DNA of 64,000 nucleotides from Hyphomicrobiales bacterium (GTDB lineage: Bacteria; Pseudomonadota; Alphaproteobacteria; Rhizobiales; Rhizobiaceae), in the NCBI GenBank assembly GCA_024244645.1, contig JAAEOH010000065.1, positions 5,882 to 69,881 of the forward strand. Reading direction: 5' to 3'. The notes below the pieces were generated by a model, which was not told the DNA's origin, made no database searches, and saw only the letters and a list, made by a program, of their open reading frames with translations. Position numbers and translations under genes: made by a program. Shown one piece after another: positions 1-10,128 of the stretch. Positions within the stretch are counted from its first letter, which is position 1, and each line of letters begins with the position of its first letter.

Positions 1-119
1 GTGGCTGCGCTTGGTGTCACCAGACCGGCAGACAACAGCAATGTTGTCCCCGCGGCTCCTGCCAGCGCCAACGGCACCACTGCAACCGTTGTCACCAATT
101 TCGTTTTATATCTCGCCAT
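1..119 (-). CDS. 5' part of a probably secreted protein (runs off the window)
   Basis: ATG at 119 after GGAG RBS; MARYKTKLVTTVAVVPLALAGAAGTTLLLSAGLV reads as a signal peptide. Confidence 0.55.
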   Translation of the reverse strand, partial: MARYKTKLVTTVAVVPLALAGAAGTTLLLSAGLVTPSAA

Positions 120-362
120 TGGTATCTCCTCCGCCTGACCGGCCAGCGCGCCGGTTGGGTATGTTTCTTGTCCACGAATCAATCTTATGATTTTGCTGGT
201 AACCTGCGTGTCACAATCGCTTGATCACACCGTCAACATTTTGAGAGGTGGACTTTACTTTTTGGGTACAACAATCCCGCCTCGGCAGCCGGCGCTCTCA
301 CGCCGCAGCTGACAAAATCCGTTAGCCGGAAGCGGTATTCGGTCGGGCTGACGCGCTTGTCC

Positions 363-1151
363 CTACCCTTTACGGGCTCGCCGGCGCGCCTTCTTTACTT
401 CGGAGATCTGCCGATCGATATTGATGTCGACGACCGACGTAATCTCGAGTTTTCGGTCTTCATAGACATCCGTGTCGGGATGCTGTTCGCTCCAGGCGGA
501 AAGCGTATCATCGCGCAACTTCAATAGCGCTACCACCTGCGGCCTGAACAACCGCATCAATGCCGAGATCGCCCGGTTGGTCGCCAGACACGGGTAGCTT
601 TGTTCAATGTCGAACCGGTCGACCATGCTGATCACGTCTTCCGAACGGTAGAAAGTCTCACCCGTTACCCATCGGTTTGTCGTGAACATGCCTATGGGCA
701 GACCCGGCTTGTTCATCGATATCGCCACGACGTGAGAAAGCGCATCCTTGCCTGATGGTCGGGACGCTTCTCCTGAATAAGGTGCCGGTTTGACCTTGCG
801 CGGCATGCCGGCAGAGCGAAGGAACGTGTGGAAATGACCGTGTTCCCCGCTTTCCGGACGATGCGCATGATAATAGTACTGCGCATGGGATTCGCTGTCG
901 TAAATGTCGCCCTTCGGGTAGTGCTCCTCCTCATAGAAAGTCCCCTGGTGGGCAAGGCACTGACCGACAAGATTCTGTCCGGACTTATTTAACAGGCGCA
1001 AATTTTCTTTGACCACGTCCCCCGCATTTGCCAGTTGTTCCAGCTCGTCCGATGAGAGCTCTGAAAGGGCGGCAGGCAGATCGAATTTCAGCGACGTACT
1101 GTCCATGAGGTTTAATTTCCGGTTTGGCTTTGGGCGAGGATCGTTCCGCAA
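363..1151 (-). CDS. Conserved hypothetical protein, DUF6969-like
   Basis: His-rich HYPKGD..QYYYHAH..EHGHFHTF and FTTNRWVTGET motifs recalled for this DUF. Confidence 0.6.
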   Translation of the reverse strand: MRNDPRPKPNRKLNLMDSTSLKFDLPAALSELSSDELEQLANAGDVVKENLRLLNKSGQNLVGQCLAHQGTFYEEEHYPKGDIYDSESHAQYYYHAHRPESGEHGHFHTFLRSAGMPRKVKPAPYSGEASRPSGKDALSHVVAISMNKPGLPIGMFTTNRWVTGETFYRSEDVISMVDRFDIEQSYPCLATNRAISALMRLFRPQVVALLKLRDDTLSAWSEQHPDTDVYEDRKLEITSVVDINIDRQISEVKKARRRARKG

Positions 1152-1225
1152 TTAGTCGCTTAGATAGGTGCTGCTTTTCAAGGGGCAAGCAATAACAAGG
1201 TGTTGATCACGTCGGAGCCGGCAGC

Positions 1226-2230
1226 TTATGCAACCAGTTCTTCCTGCAGCTGAACGGCGTCAAAGGCTTCTTCGATGATCTCCTGTCCGGCACCGCGCCG
1301 GCTGGCACCGTTTGACAGGATCTGCCGGTATCTGCGTGCGCCCCGCAGACCGTGGAACAGTCCCACCATGTGCCGCGTCACATGAACAAGCCGCCCGCCT
1401 TCGGCGACATGCCGCTCCGCATGCGCCATCATCGCATCGCGCACATCAAACCAGTCGATCGGATCGGCGGCACAACCGTAATAACGCCTGTCCACATCCG
1501 CCAGCAGTCCGGCATTGCGATACGCAGCGCGGCCAAGCATCGCGCCGTCGGTGTTCTCAAGCAGCTCCGATGCATGATTCAAATCTTCAATACCACCATT
1601 TATACCGATGAATTCATTGGGGTATTTCTGCTTTAACCGAAAGACGCGATCATAGTCGAGCGGCGGGATATCGCGGTTTTCCTTCGGGCTAAGCCCCTGC
1701 AGCCAGGCCTTGCGGGCATGCACCCACAGCGCATCGGTACCGACATCAAAAACCGCTTCGGCCATCGTGTCGAGCGCGACTTCAGGATCCTGATCGTCGA
1801 CACCGAGCCGGCACTTGACGGTCACCGGAACAGGCACCGCCTTTTTCATCGCCCCAACGCAGTTTGCGACCAGCTCCGGTTCACGCATCAGACAGGCGCC
1901 GAAACTGCCCGATTTGACCCGGTCGGAGGGGCAGCCGGCATTCAAATTGATCTCGTCATAGCCCATATCGGCGGCAATGATGGCGGCCTTGACAAGTTTT
2001 TCCGGTTCCGATCCACCAAGCTGGAGCGCCACGGAATGTTCCGCCGGATCAAATCCGATCAGCCGGTTCCGGTCTTCATGGATGACGGCATCCGCGACAA
2101 TCATCTCCGTATAGAGCAGCGCACGCTTCGTCAGAAGTCGGTGGAGAAACCGGCAATGACGATCCGTCCAATCCATCATCGGTGCGACGGCGAATATTTT
2201 TTCTTTATTTTTCAATGATTTATGATACAT
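1226..2230 (-). CDS. dusA: tRNA-dihydrouridine(20/20a) synthase DusA
   Basis: APMMDWTDRHCR, QLGGS, NLNAGCPSDRV, VHARKAWLQGLSPKENR motifs; probable start ATG 2230 (ORF track extends to 2329). Confidence 0.95.
   Translation of the reverse strand: MYHKSLKNKEKIFAVAPMMDWTDRHCRFLHRLLTKRALLYTEMIVADAVIHEDRNRLIGFDPAEHSVALQLGGSEPEKLVKAAIIAADMGYDEINLNAGCPSDRVKSGSFGACLMREPELVANCVGAMKKAVPVPVTVKCRLGVDDQDPEVALDTMAEAVFDVGTDALWVHARKAWLQGLSPKENRDIPPLDYDRVFRLKQKYPNEFIGINGGIEDLNHASELLENTDGAMLGRAAYRNAGLLADVDRRYYGCAADPIDWFDVRDAMMAHAERHVAEGGRLVHVTRHMVGLFHGLRGARRYRQILSNGASRRGAGQEIIEEAFDAVQLQEELVA
2168..2190 (+). repeat. att core inside dusA (CCAATCCATCATCGGTGCGACGG)
   Basis: 22/23 identical to 40249-40271. Confidence 0.9.
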
Positions 2231-2277
2231 TTCAATAAGTTCAAAATCGTGAACGCGTGCACTCAATTGGACGAAAT

Positions 2278-2345
2278 TGCACGCCCTTGTACCCCTTTTG
2301 ATCGCTGTGTGCACGCTATTTGCACGCACAAGGAAGAGTGCACGC
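2278..2345 (+). promoter_or_regulatory. Putative integrase arm-type sites (4x TGCACGC)
   Basis: TGCACGC at 2278, 2310, 2321 and 2339; related pair TGCACGG/CGCACGG at 40193/40204 with the same 11-bp spacing as 2310/2321. Confidence 0.5.
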
Positions 2346-2346
2346 T

Positions 2347-2861
2347 ATGGCCACAATTTTCAAAACGCGCAACGGGTGCTGGCGAGCTCAAGTTCGCCGC
2401 AAAGGCAAATACGTCTCCAGCACGTTCCTACTGAAATCACATGCCAGCGAGTGAGCATTGAAACCGAAAGGCAAATCGACGCCGGATCAGAGCCGGTAAA
2501 GAGTTACAAGGGAGCTCCGAAAACCATCTCTGATCTTGTCGACATTCATATCGATGACCTCAAAGAAGTGGGTAAGCCACTGCGGCGTTCTAAGCGGGCA
2601 GTTCTGGATGCACTAAAGCGCGATATCGATACTGTTCGTATTAAAAACCTGAACCGAGCTGAACTAATCAGATACGGGAAACTCCGCGCCAGACAAGGAG
2701 CCGGCCCTGTAACGTTGTCGGTCGATATGTCGTACTTGCGCACGGTTCTGACTCATGCAGCGGCAGTGCATGGCATCAGGGTTGATACTGAAAGTGTGCG
2801 ACTTGCCCGAACTGCCCTTGCCCGACTTGGTCTCATCGGCCGGACACAAGACCGCATCTGA
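2347..2861 (+). pseudogene. dusA-associated tyrosine integrase, N-terminal remnant
   Basis: ATG 2347 gives MATIFKTRNGCWRAQVRRKGKYVSSTF, then TGA at 2452 and a frameshift into IETERQIDAG..RTVLTHAAAVHG..LARLGLIG; ends before the catalytic domain. Confidence 0.85.
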
Positions 2862-2988
2862 CAAACTCCCGATCATATCAAAAAAGTCTTGCCAAGCAGG
2901 AGCCATCCACACAGGACAAAGCCGCCGCAAATTTCATGCATCTGTTTGGTTTGCGACAATCCGAGCGTGGCCGACAGGCACCATAAGG

Positions 2989-4269
2989 TTATTTCACCGC
3001 GCTCTTCTGACCGTCGGATTCGATGATCGCGACAGCACGCTCGACGCCATCTTCCTTCGCGATGGCGCTTGCCACCTCGTGGGCGCAGAGACGGTAGGAT
3101 TCCGTCCCAACCAATTCAATCAATCCTTCAGCGAATCGTCTCCGATGTAATCGCTTTATAGGTTGGGGTTTCGGGCCGCAGCCCAGTGAGAAGACACGGC
3201 GGCCCCAAAACGGTTGATCGACAGCTAGCGGGCATATCAATGTTGGCAATCCCGCCCGCAGACCGGCCGCCGTGGTGCCTGCCCCACCGTGATGGACAAC
3301 AGCAGATACATGCCTAAAGAGCGCGGCATGGGGAGCGCCTTTTATAACATGGATCGTCTCTGGCACATCGATGTCTGCGACCGCGCCCCAACCGGTGGCG
3401 AGAATGGCTCGCACCCCGGCGCGGCACACGCCATCGACAATGACTTGAGCAAGCGCACTAGGATCGCCGATGGTCATTGAACCGAACCCAATGTAAATCG
3501 GCGGACCACCGTCTTCGAGAAACGCGGACAGAGCCGGGTCGGGAAGCCAATCCTGCCCTTCATCGAGAAACCAATAACCTGTTGTTTGGATGTGCTCCAA
3601 CTCACTTGCGGGATAACCAGGTACGACGGTGGGCGAGACAGCACATAATTGTCCAGCTGGATCGGTTTTGGCCTCGCTCTCAGCTTGGAAAGGCGATAGC
3701 TTGCGCAGCCCCAGCACGTCTTTGCGCCAGCGATTGACGGTTGGCAGGAAAAACAGTCGGGGCAAACGCAGAAGTTTGTAGCTTGCTCGATTGAGCCTTG
3801 AGCCGTAATTACCGGAAAATACGAATAGCGGAAAGGCTGTGGTCGGGAACATGGGAAAGGGGGCGACATGAAAGAGAGCGGCCCCGGTCGCTTCGCCCAC
3901 ATCGGCGGCACCCACGGTTTTCGGATGGTACACGATGACTTGCGCGTCGCGGGCCGTCTTCCAAATCGCGTCAAGTGATCTTCGCGTCAACGGTACGATG
4001 GTTTTCGACCATATCCGCGCCATGGCGAACACATTGCCGCCCAGGACCTTGCGCCCCTCAGGCGACTGAAAGAACGCATGCATATCGACACCGATGGATC
4101 GATAGGCCAAGCCGTGGCCCTCGATCCAGGTTTTGAAATCGTCAGGCGCGCCGACCACGACATCGTGTCCGCGCGCCTTGAGCGATTTGCCCAAGGCGAT
4201 GAAGGGCTGGACATCTCCGCGCGTACCCAAGGTGATGAGTGCTATCCTCACAGGTTGTTCCTGACTCAA
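2989..4269 (-). CDS. GT1/GT28-type glycosyltransferase (sterol/lipid glucosyltransferase-like)
   Basis: GTRGDVQPFIAL N-terminal motif; HHGGAGTTAAGLRAG..DQPFW signature. Confidence 0.9.
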   Translation of the reverse strand: MSQEQPVRIALITLGTRGDVQPFIALGKSLKARGHDVVVGAPDDFKTWIEGHGLAYRSIGVDMHAFFQSPEGRKVLGGNVFAMARIWSKTIVPLTRRSLDAIWKTARDAQVIVYHPKTVGAADVGEATGAALFHVAPFPMFPTTAFPLFVFSGNYGSRLNRASYKLLRLPRLFFLPTVNRWRKDVLGLRKLSPFQAESEAKTDPAGQLCAVSPTVVPGYPASELEHIQTTGYWFLDEGQDWLPDPALSAFLEDGGPPIYIGFGSMTIGDPSALAQVIVDGVCRAGVRAILATGWGAVADIDVPETIHVIKGAPHAALFRHVSAVVHHGGAGTTAAGLRAGLPTLICPLAVDQPFWGRRVFSLGCGPKPQPIKRLHRRRFAEGLIELVGTESYRLCAHEVASAIAKEDGVERAVAIIESDGQKSAVK

Positions 4270-4694
4270 CCATCGTGGTGGCTGATGAGACTAATGAATT
4301 GGCTAATCCATGCCGATACTTTTGCCGGACTGTCATTGGGGCGCAATGATCAGGCTCAAACTCGAGAGTGGTTACAAAATGTCTAAGGGCGGCTGTTTTT
4401 GTGGTCGCTTTTCGTGATTGCGGCAGCGAGCAAGCCATTCAAAATGCGACAAAAGATAAATACCCGCGAAGGGCTCTTTGCGGTCGTTTAACGATATCCG
4501 CATGACTTCCGGCTATTATTTCGCTTCAAACGACCGCAGCGCGGACCAAGCGGACACAAAGGCTGCGGTGTACCTACTCCGATAGCGGACATGCACCAGC
4601 GGTCGCTACTGGAACAGGTTTCTAAGAGCAGTCCTCACGCTTTTGACCCCAAACTGACGTTTGCGTTGCCCGAACACGCATATGTTCCCTTGGG

Positions 4695-4708
4695 TTGACC
4701 TCAATCAA
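4695..4708. promoter_or_regulatory. FNR-like box, apparently orphan
   Basis: TTGAC-CTCA-ATCAA, one mismatch to TTGAT-N4-ATCAA; no obvious -10 at the expected spacing. Confidence 0.3.
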
Positions 4709-4715
4709 AAAAAGG

Positions 4716-4791
4716 GCGGAATTAGAGAACACATTGCGGAATTAGAGAACACATTGCGGAATTAGAGAACACATTGCGGAATTAGAGAACA
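4716..4791 (+). repeat. Tandem repeat, 20-bp unit GCGGAATTAGAGAACACATT x3.8
   Basis: Three perfect units plus a 16-bp partial unit, no spacers. Confidence 0.95.
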
Positions 4792-4954
4792 GAATAGGCT
4801 CGAAGCTGCCGACTATTGCACTGCGGAATTAGTAATGGATTGAACCATGAGATCTTGTCGCTTTCGGACCGGAGCGGACGTTCGTTGGTGACGCGGATAC
4901 TGCATCGCACAATGTAGAAAGCGGCCGTTCGGTCGTCCGAACTGCCCATAACAA

Positions 4955-5806
4955 TTATTGAACACGCTCCGGCGCGGTGCCCCAATCGGGTCCGGAAACG
5001 TTCAGTCCCATAACCTGCTCCAAGAGGGCTGTATATTCCGCAGACCGCACCACATAGGGAAAATGCCCACCATTCAGAAACCGGTAGGCGACGGAAGGTG
5101 ACAGGCGCGCGCGAACAGCCTGCCGCATTTCCATCGGAATAAGCGGGTCGTCATCGGCGTCGATAGTCACGATCCGGGTCGTTGGAAGAATTACCGGCGG
5201 CAATTCCGGTCCGTATTTCAGTGCTGCAAGACGAGCCCGCAACTCGGCCTCGAGAATACGGCCGCCTGCCTCCTGCAACAGCAGTTCGACCAGATCTGCC
5301 TGATCCGGATGGGCCTTTGCCCAGGCGGTAAGACCATTGCCGAAACCGGCGCGAAGATCGGCAATCGGAGCTGACGCCAGATCCAGCGAGTAAGGCGGGT
5401 GCTGGTCGAGGCCGGCGACGGAATGGAGCGTGTTGGCTGCAATCAGATGCGTCACGCGATCGGGTTGGGTAGCGGCAATATATTGCGCCAGATACCCGCC
5501 AAGCGAGGAGCCGAGAACGGCGGCACTTTCAATTCCGAGTCTGTCCAGCAGCGTCACCATGTCCGCGTTCCAGTCGGTCACGCCGCCGCGGGCCGGATAA
5601 CTGACGGCGACGAGACGCAACCGGCCGGACAGCGCGGTGATCTGATTCCAGAAAATATCGCCACGCCCGAGCGTACCGGGTATTAACAGGAGCGCGGGCC
5701 CCTCGCCCACATCAAGTATGCCCCAGTCACGGCCGTTCAGGTCTGTCCGAGCCTCGGGATGGGCATCTGCAAATGCGTTGCGGGCGGCAATCAGTGGATT
5801 GGTCAT
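4955..5806 (-). CDS. Alpha/beta hydrolase
   Basis: GSSLGG nucleophile elbow, DADDDP acid, GGHFPY His. Confidence 0.85.
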   Translation of the reverse strand: MTNPLIAARNAFADAHPEARTDLNGRDWGILDVGEGPALLLIPGTLGRGDIFWNQITALSGRLRLVAVSYPARGGVTDWNADMVTLLDRLGIESAAVLGSSLGGYLAQYIAATQPDRVTHLIAANTLHSVAGLDQHPPYSLDLASAPIADLRAGFGNGLTAWAKAHPDQADLVELLLQEAGGRILEAELRARLAALKYGPELPPVILPTTRIVTIDADDDPLIPMEMRQAVRARLSPSVAYRFLNGGHFPYVVRSAEYTALLEQVMGLNVSGPDWGTAPERVQ

Positions 5807-7254
5807 GCAAAAGGATCCTCAATTGCCGGCCAGTAATCGCTGGCGCGGCGGGTGTAGGGAATATTGGCAAAATCCGGTGTTATGGCGCCTGGCGTCGCCA
5901 CCGGAATCACTTTTGCCGCAATCGGGTTGAATCCTGCCTGGTAGTGGTTGGACGACTTGACGCAGACGATCTTGCGTTTTGACAGATCAATGCCAAGTTT
6001 TTCAAATGCGTCGGGGTGAAAGGTCTGGGTACGGGTATCGTTGATCACGATGTCGACGCCATCGGCTTCAACCCAGACAACTTCGCCCATCGGCGCCGAC
6101 AGTTTGCCGAAGCGCTGACTGATGCCGGAAGCGCATTTGCGGACCGTAACCAACAAATCAAGCGGATCTCCTGACATCGGGCCGCACTTGCCCCCCAGGC
6201 GCAAAGGCAGGGTCGCGCCCTCTCCTGCCTCACGGCAGATGCGCACCGCGACCGGATCCCAGAAAATTCCGGATGCAACCAAGGTCAGTTTACGGTTCAG
6301 TATTTCACGCAACAGGAACGTCGCATCCGATGGCGCACCGCCGCCTGCATTGTCGGACATGTCAGCCAACACTATCGGCCCGCCGGGTTCGGCTTCGGCG
6401 ATGTTGAGGGCTTCGTCTATATCCGCAATGTGGTTATGCAACTCGTGACGAAGCGCATAAAGGTTTTGCCCCAAATCGCGTGCCACGGCCTCCGCCTGCT
6501 CCGCATCGCCGTCGCATATCGCAAGCGCCCGCACGCCGGTACGCGGATGATCGCCCCAGGGAAATCCGTGCGCGATCGACAATGAAAGGATACCGTCGCT
6601 TCCCTCGCGGGCGGTCATCGCATCGACGAATTCGCGCATCGGACCAGCTGGCGTCGGCATGGCGATGATCATGCGGCAGTCGTAATCGCGCATGACCGGT
6701 TTGGTCTGCCCCTCGGCTGCCTCCGCAGCAAGGCGGAACAAATCTTCTGCCCGCTCGGGCACATCCACATGCGGATATTCCTTGAACGCCACAAGCAGCG
6801 AGGCATCGTCCAGCATCGCCTGCGTGAGATGGCAGTGCGGATCCAGAAGACCGCCAATCACCGCTTGCGGGGCGACAGCGCGGCACCGGGTGATCAGATC
6901 GCCTTCGCAATCCTCGTAGCCGTCGGCAATCATCGCGCCATGCAGCGCTAAAAGAATGACATCGACCGGCCCCCCTGCCTGCAGATCTGACAGTATCTCG
7001 TCGCGAAAACCTTCGTAGACCGCGCGCACTGTCGGCCCAGCCGGTTGCGCATGTGCAGAAAGCGATTCCACCACCTGCCAGCCGCGTGCCTGCGCCCGCT
7101 CGCGCCAGATATGCAGCGGTGCCGTCCAATACTGAATCTCATCCGCCGTGGCGTCGCCATAGTGGATCGATCCTTCCTCGAACCCCAGCATGCCGGTTGG
7201 CAGCGGAGAAAATGAATTGGTTTCGGTGCTCAGACCGGCGATGAAGACTTTCAT
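5803..7254 (-). CDS. M81 family metallopeptidase (MlrC-like)
   Basis: STETNSF, LALHGAM, DPHCH, KEYPHVD, DMSDNAGGG, VKSSNHY motifs. Confidence 0.9.
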   Translation of the reverse strand: MKVFIAGLSTETNSFSPLPTGMLGFEEGSIHYGDATADEIQYWTAPLHIWRERAQARGWQVVESLSAHAQPAGPTVRAVYEGFRDEILSDLQAGGPVDVILLALHGAMIADGYEDCEGDLITRCRAVAPQAVIGGLLDPHCHLTQAMLDDASLLVAFKEYPHVDVPERAEDLFRLAAEAAEGQTKPVMRDYDCRMIIAMPTPAGPMREFVDAMTAREGSDGILSLSIAHGFPWGDHPRTGVRALAICDGDAEQAEAVARDLGQNLYALRHELHNHIADIDEALNIAEAEPGGPIVLADMSDNAGGGAPSDATFLLREILNRKLTLVASGIFWDPVAVRICREAGEGATLPLRLGGKCGPMSGDPLDLLVTVRKCASGISQRFGKLSAPMGEVVWVEADGVDIVINDTRTQTFHPDAFEKLGIDLSKRKIVCVKSSNHYQAGFNPIAAKVIPVATPGAITPDFANIPYTRRASDYWPAIEDPFA

Positions 7255-7261
7255 GACATGC

Positions 7262-7801
7262 CTACTGTTCTTGAGGATTGCCCGGCTGGGTCTGATCGGT
7301 AAACTGCATCAGAAGTCCGGACAGCATGTGGATTATAATCAGCACGAATGCGACCGGAACCGCCGCGGTGAACCAGATCATCGGCAGCGCGATCATCTCG
7401 GCCTGACGGTCAAGGCTGCGGCCAAGGAAACCGCGGGCCATGTTCATATTGGCTCCAAAGAGCGAATACCAGATGACCGGAGTGGCAAACAAGACGACAC
7501 CGCCGGCGCGGATCAGGGCCAACAGGTTGCCGATCCGTCCGGTCAAATCCCGCATTTGCGGAAACAGTGTCGGATCGGCCTGCGCGCGGAATGCGCACGA
7601 GGCACCGAGCATCCCGGCCCATACCATGGCGCGCCGGGAGAGTTCCTCTGTCCACACCGGCGGCGCATCCAGGAGATAGCGGGCGATGACCTGCCAGGAG
7701 GCCGACATCGCCATGACCAGCACCGCCGCGACCGCGCACCAAAGCGTGATCCGGTTTAATACTGTGGAAACCCGGTCGAGCGATAAGGCCAGCGCCCGCA
7801 T
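7262..7801 (-). CDS. dctQ: TRAP transporter small permease
   Basis: WQVIARY..WTEELSR..MVW..MLGAS; 4 TM. Confidence 0.9.
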   Translation of the reverse strand: MRALALSLDRVSTVLNRITLWCAVAAVLVMAMSASWQVIARYLLDAPPVWTEELSRRAMVWAGMLGASCAFRAQADPTLFPQMRDLTGRIGNLLALIRAGGVVLFATPVIWYSLFGANMNMARGFLGRSLDRQAEMIALPMIWFTAAVPVAFVLIIIHMLSGLLMQFTDQTQPGNPQEQ

Positions 7802-7805
7802 TTTT

Positions 7806-8783
7806 TCAGTTCCCCTTCGCGGCTTCCCACTCGGCGATCTGCTCAGCTGAGATCAGGCCACTTTCATAGGCCGGGGCGGAAGCGGCACGGAACTCGTCAC
7901 GCGCAGCCTGATCCAGCCGCTCGATTGCCACGCCAGCAGCTTCGAGCTTTTCCAGAACCGCATCCTGAGTGCCCAGCCATTCGCGGTTGGCCTTGGTCGC
8001 GGCAGCTACGGCGGCGTCGACCGTTGCCCGGTCGGCATTACTCAGCCCCTGATACCAGTCTTCGGAAACGATGGTGATCCGAAGCGAGGGTGCGATGGCG
8101 GCTTCCGTGTAGAACTTGATGAAATCGGTGTGTCCGAAGAGCAACGGCACGAAGGCGGGATTTAGATACCCGTCGGCTACGCCGGTTTGCAGTGCGTTGG
8201 GCACTTCCGCCCAGCTGACGATTGTGCCCGCTGCACCCCATGCCTTGTACAGTTCGATCTGGCTTTCGTCGAGCGCGCGCATCCGCAATCCGGCCATGTC
8301 AGCCACTGATTTCACCGGCTTTTTCGTATTGAAGATGCCCGTGGCCTGTCCAACGTTGTTCACCGCAAGCACACGCACGCCGCTCTTGGTGGTCTCAGCG
8401 TTGATTTTCTCGAGCATTCCGCCCTCGAACAGGGCGCGGTCCACCTGGGCTTGATCCTCGAAGAAATAAGGCAGGCGCAATCCGTAGATCAGATTATCCA
8501 GCGAACCGACGATGTTCAGCGGTGACATGGAGACCTCAAGGAGACCCTGACTGACCTGATCGAACAGTTCGTCGTCGCCACCCAAAGCACCGCGCTGGAA
8601 CTCTTCGGCCTCGATGCCGTTTTCGTTGAGATACTTGCTGAATGTATTGGCCCAAACATAGCTGCCAGAGGCTTCGAGGTTCGGCGGGCTGTCTAGCGCG
8701 ATCTTGACCTGCGCCGAAGCAGCGCCCGCGAAAACAAGGCCCGCAGCCACAGCGGCGCTGTATAGAAACCTGAAATGTGTCAT
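7806..8783 (-). CDS. dctP: TRAP transporter substrate-binding protein
   Basis: Signal peptide, GLRMR, WAEVPNALQTGVADG; start ATG 8783 after GGGAGA. Confidence 0.9.
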   Translation of the reverse strand: MTHFRFLYSAAVAAGLVFAGAASAQVKIALDSPPNLEASGSYVWANTFSKYLNENGIEAEEFQRGALGGDDELFDQVSQGLLEVSMSPLNIVGSLDNLIYGLRLPYFFEDQAQVDRALFEGGMLEKINAETTKSGVRVLAVNNVGQATGIFNTKKPVKSVADMAGLRMRALDESQIELYKAWGAAGTIVSWAEVPNALQTGVADGYLNPAFVPLLFGHTDFIKFYTEAAIAPSLRITIVSEDWYQGLSNADRATVDAAVAAATKANREWLGTQDAVLEKLEAAGVAIERLDQAARDEFRAASAPAYESGLISAEQIAEWEAAKGN

Positions 8784-8838
8784 GACGTTTTCTCCCTTTT
8801 TGGATGCGTTGATATTCACTGGGTAATATTTTTGGCGC

Positions 8839-10128
8839 CTAACCCCCGCCGGCCAGACCAAATGCGCGCGGCAGCGCCAGGCTGATGGCCGGCACCTGGA
8901 TCAGCAGAATAAGAACTGCAATCTGCACCAGCACAAATGGCAACACCGCGCGCGCAAGCTTCCAATAATTGACGCCCGTAACCGCAGATACAACCAGCAG
9001 ACAGCCGCCCATCGGTGGCGACACCAGGCCAATGCAGAGATTGAAACACAGGATAATCCCAAGATGGACAGGCTCCACTCCCTGCTCCAGGGCAACCGGC
9101 GCCAGTAACGGCACGAGCAGAGCCAGCGCCACCGGGATATCCAGAACCATGCCCGCCAGCAAAAAGATCACATTCATGACAAGCATATAGCCGGCCGGAC
9201 CGAGCCCCAGAGAGGTGACAGCATCTGAAATCGCCTCAGGCACGCGCTCAAGCGCACCGAGATGACCGAGCGCGGACACCGCGCAGATGATGATGAAGAT
9301 CGAACCCGACAGCATCGCCGTGCGCCGAAGCCCTTCCAGAACCGATGGCCATGTCAGCCCTTCGTAAAGCCATCCGGCTGCCAGCGCTGCGAAGACCGCG
9401 GCAGCGGCAGCCTCCGTCGGTGTCATCCAGCCGAAAACGATGCCGCCGAGAATGATCACCGGCAATGACAGCGCCGGCAGTGATCGCGCCAACGTGCCGA
9501 AAAACGGCGGCATGTCATGTTTTTCGACCCTGGGGTGCCGTTGGCGCCACGCAAAAAATACGTTCAGCACAATCAGTGCCGAAGCCAGCACCAGACCCGG
9601 CACAATACCTGCCAGAAACAGGGCCGTTACAGACGTGCCCATCAGGGCGCCATAAAAAATCAGGATGATGGATGGTGGCACGATCGGCCCGATGATGGAG
9701 GACGCAGCCGTGATCGCGCTGGAATAGGTCAGGCTGTATCCATGCTTGCGCATCTCCGGAACCAGAGTGTTCGACAGCGCGGCGGCATCAGCGACAGCGG
9801 ATCCGGAGATACCGGCAAAAAACACGCTGGTAAGAATGTTCACATGACCCAGACCACCACGCAGTCGTCCGACCAGCGTCATTGACAGATCGATCAGCGC
9901 ACTTGTCACGCCGCCGCGGTTCATCAGTTCACCGGCAAGGATGAACAGCGGCATCGCCATCAACGCGAACACATCGATGCGCGAAAATATCTGCTGCGGC
10001 AGGATCGCCAGGTACCGCGTATTGTCGGTGATCAGAAAGGCAACAACGGCGGCCCCGCCGACAACGTAGGCAATCGCCAAGCCCGAAGCCAGCAGGATAA
10101 CAGCAATTACCGGAAGCAGGACGATCAT
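8839..10128 (-). CDS. dctM: TRAP transporter large permease
   Basis: MAMPLFILAGELM, GISGSAVADAAA, PIVPPS, GLVSPPMG. Confidence 0.95.
   Translation of the reverse strand: MIVLLPVIAVILLASGLAIAYVVGGAAVVAFLITDNTRYLAILPQQIFSRIDVFALMAMPLFILAGELMNRGGVTSALIDLSMTLVGRLRGGLGHVNILTSVFFAGISGSAVADAAALSNTLVPEMRKHGYSLTYSSAITAASSIIGPIVPPSIILIFYGALMGTSVTALFLAGIVPGLVLASALIVLNVFFAWRQRHPRVEKHDMPPFFGTLARSLPALSLPVIILGGIVFGWMTPTEAAAAAVFAALAAGWLYEGLTWPSVLEGLRRTAMLSGSIFIIICAVSALGHLGALERVPEAISDAVTSLGLGPAGYMLVMNVIFLLAGMVLDIPVALALLVPLLAPVALEQGVEPVHLGIILCFNLCIGLVSPPMGGCLLVVSAVTGVNYWKLARAVLPFVLVQIAVLILLIQVPAISLALPRAFGLAGGG

Noticed and set aside
221-236. FNR box TTGAT-CACACC-GTCAA
   Set aside because: The spacer is 6 bp rather than 4.
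4716-4791. CRISPR array
   Set aside because: The units are contiguous and identical with no spacers, and no cas genes are present.
5803-7254. Microcystin degradation pathway
   Set aside because: Only an MlrC-family member is present; mlrA, mlrB and mlrD are absent and the family is broad.
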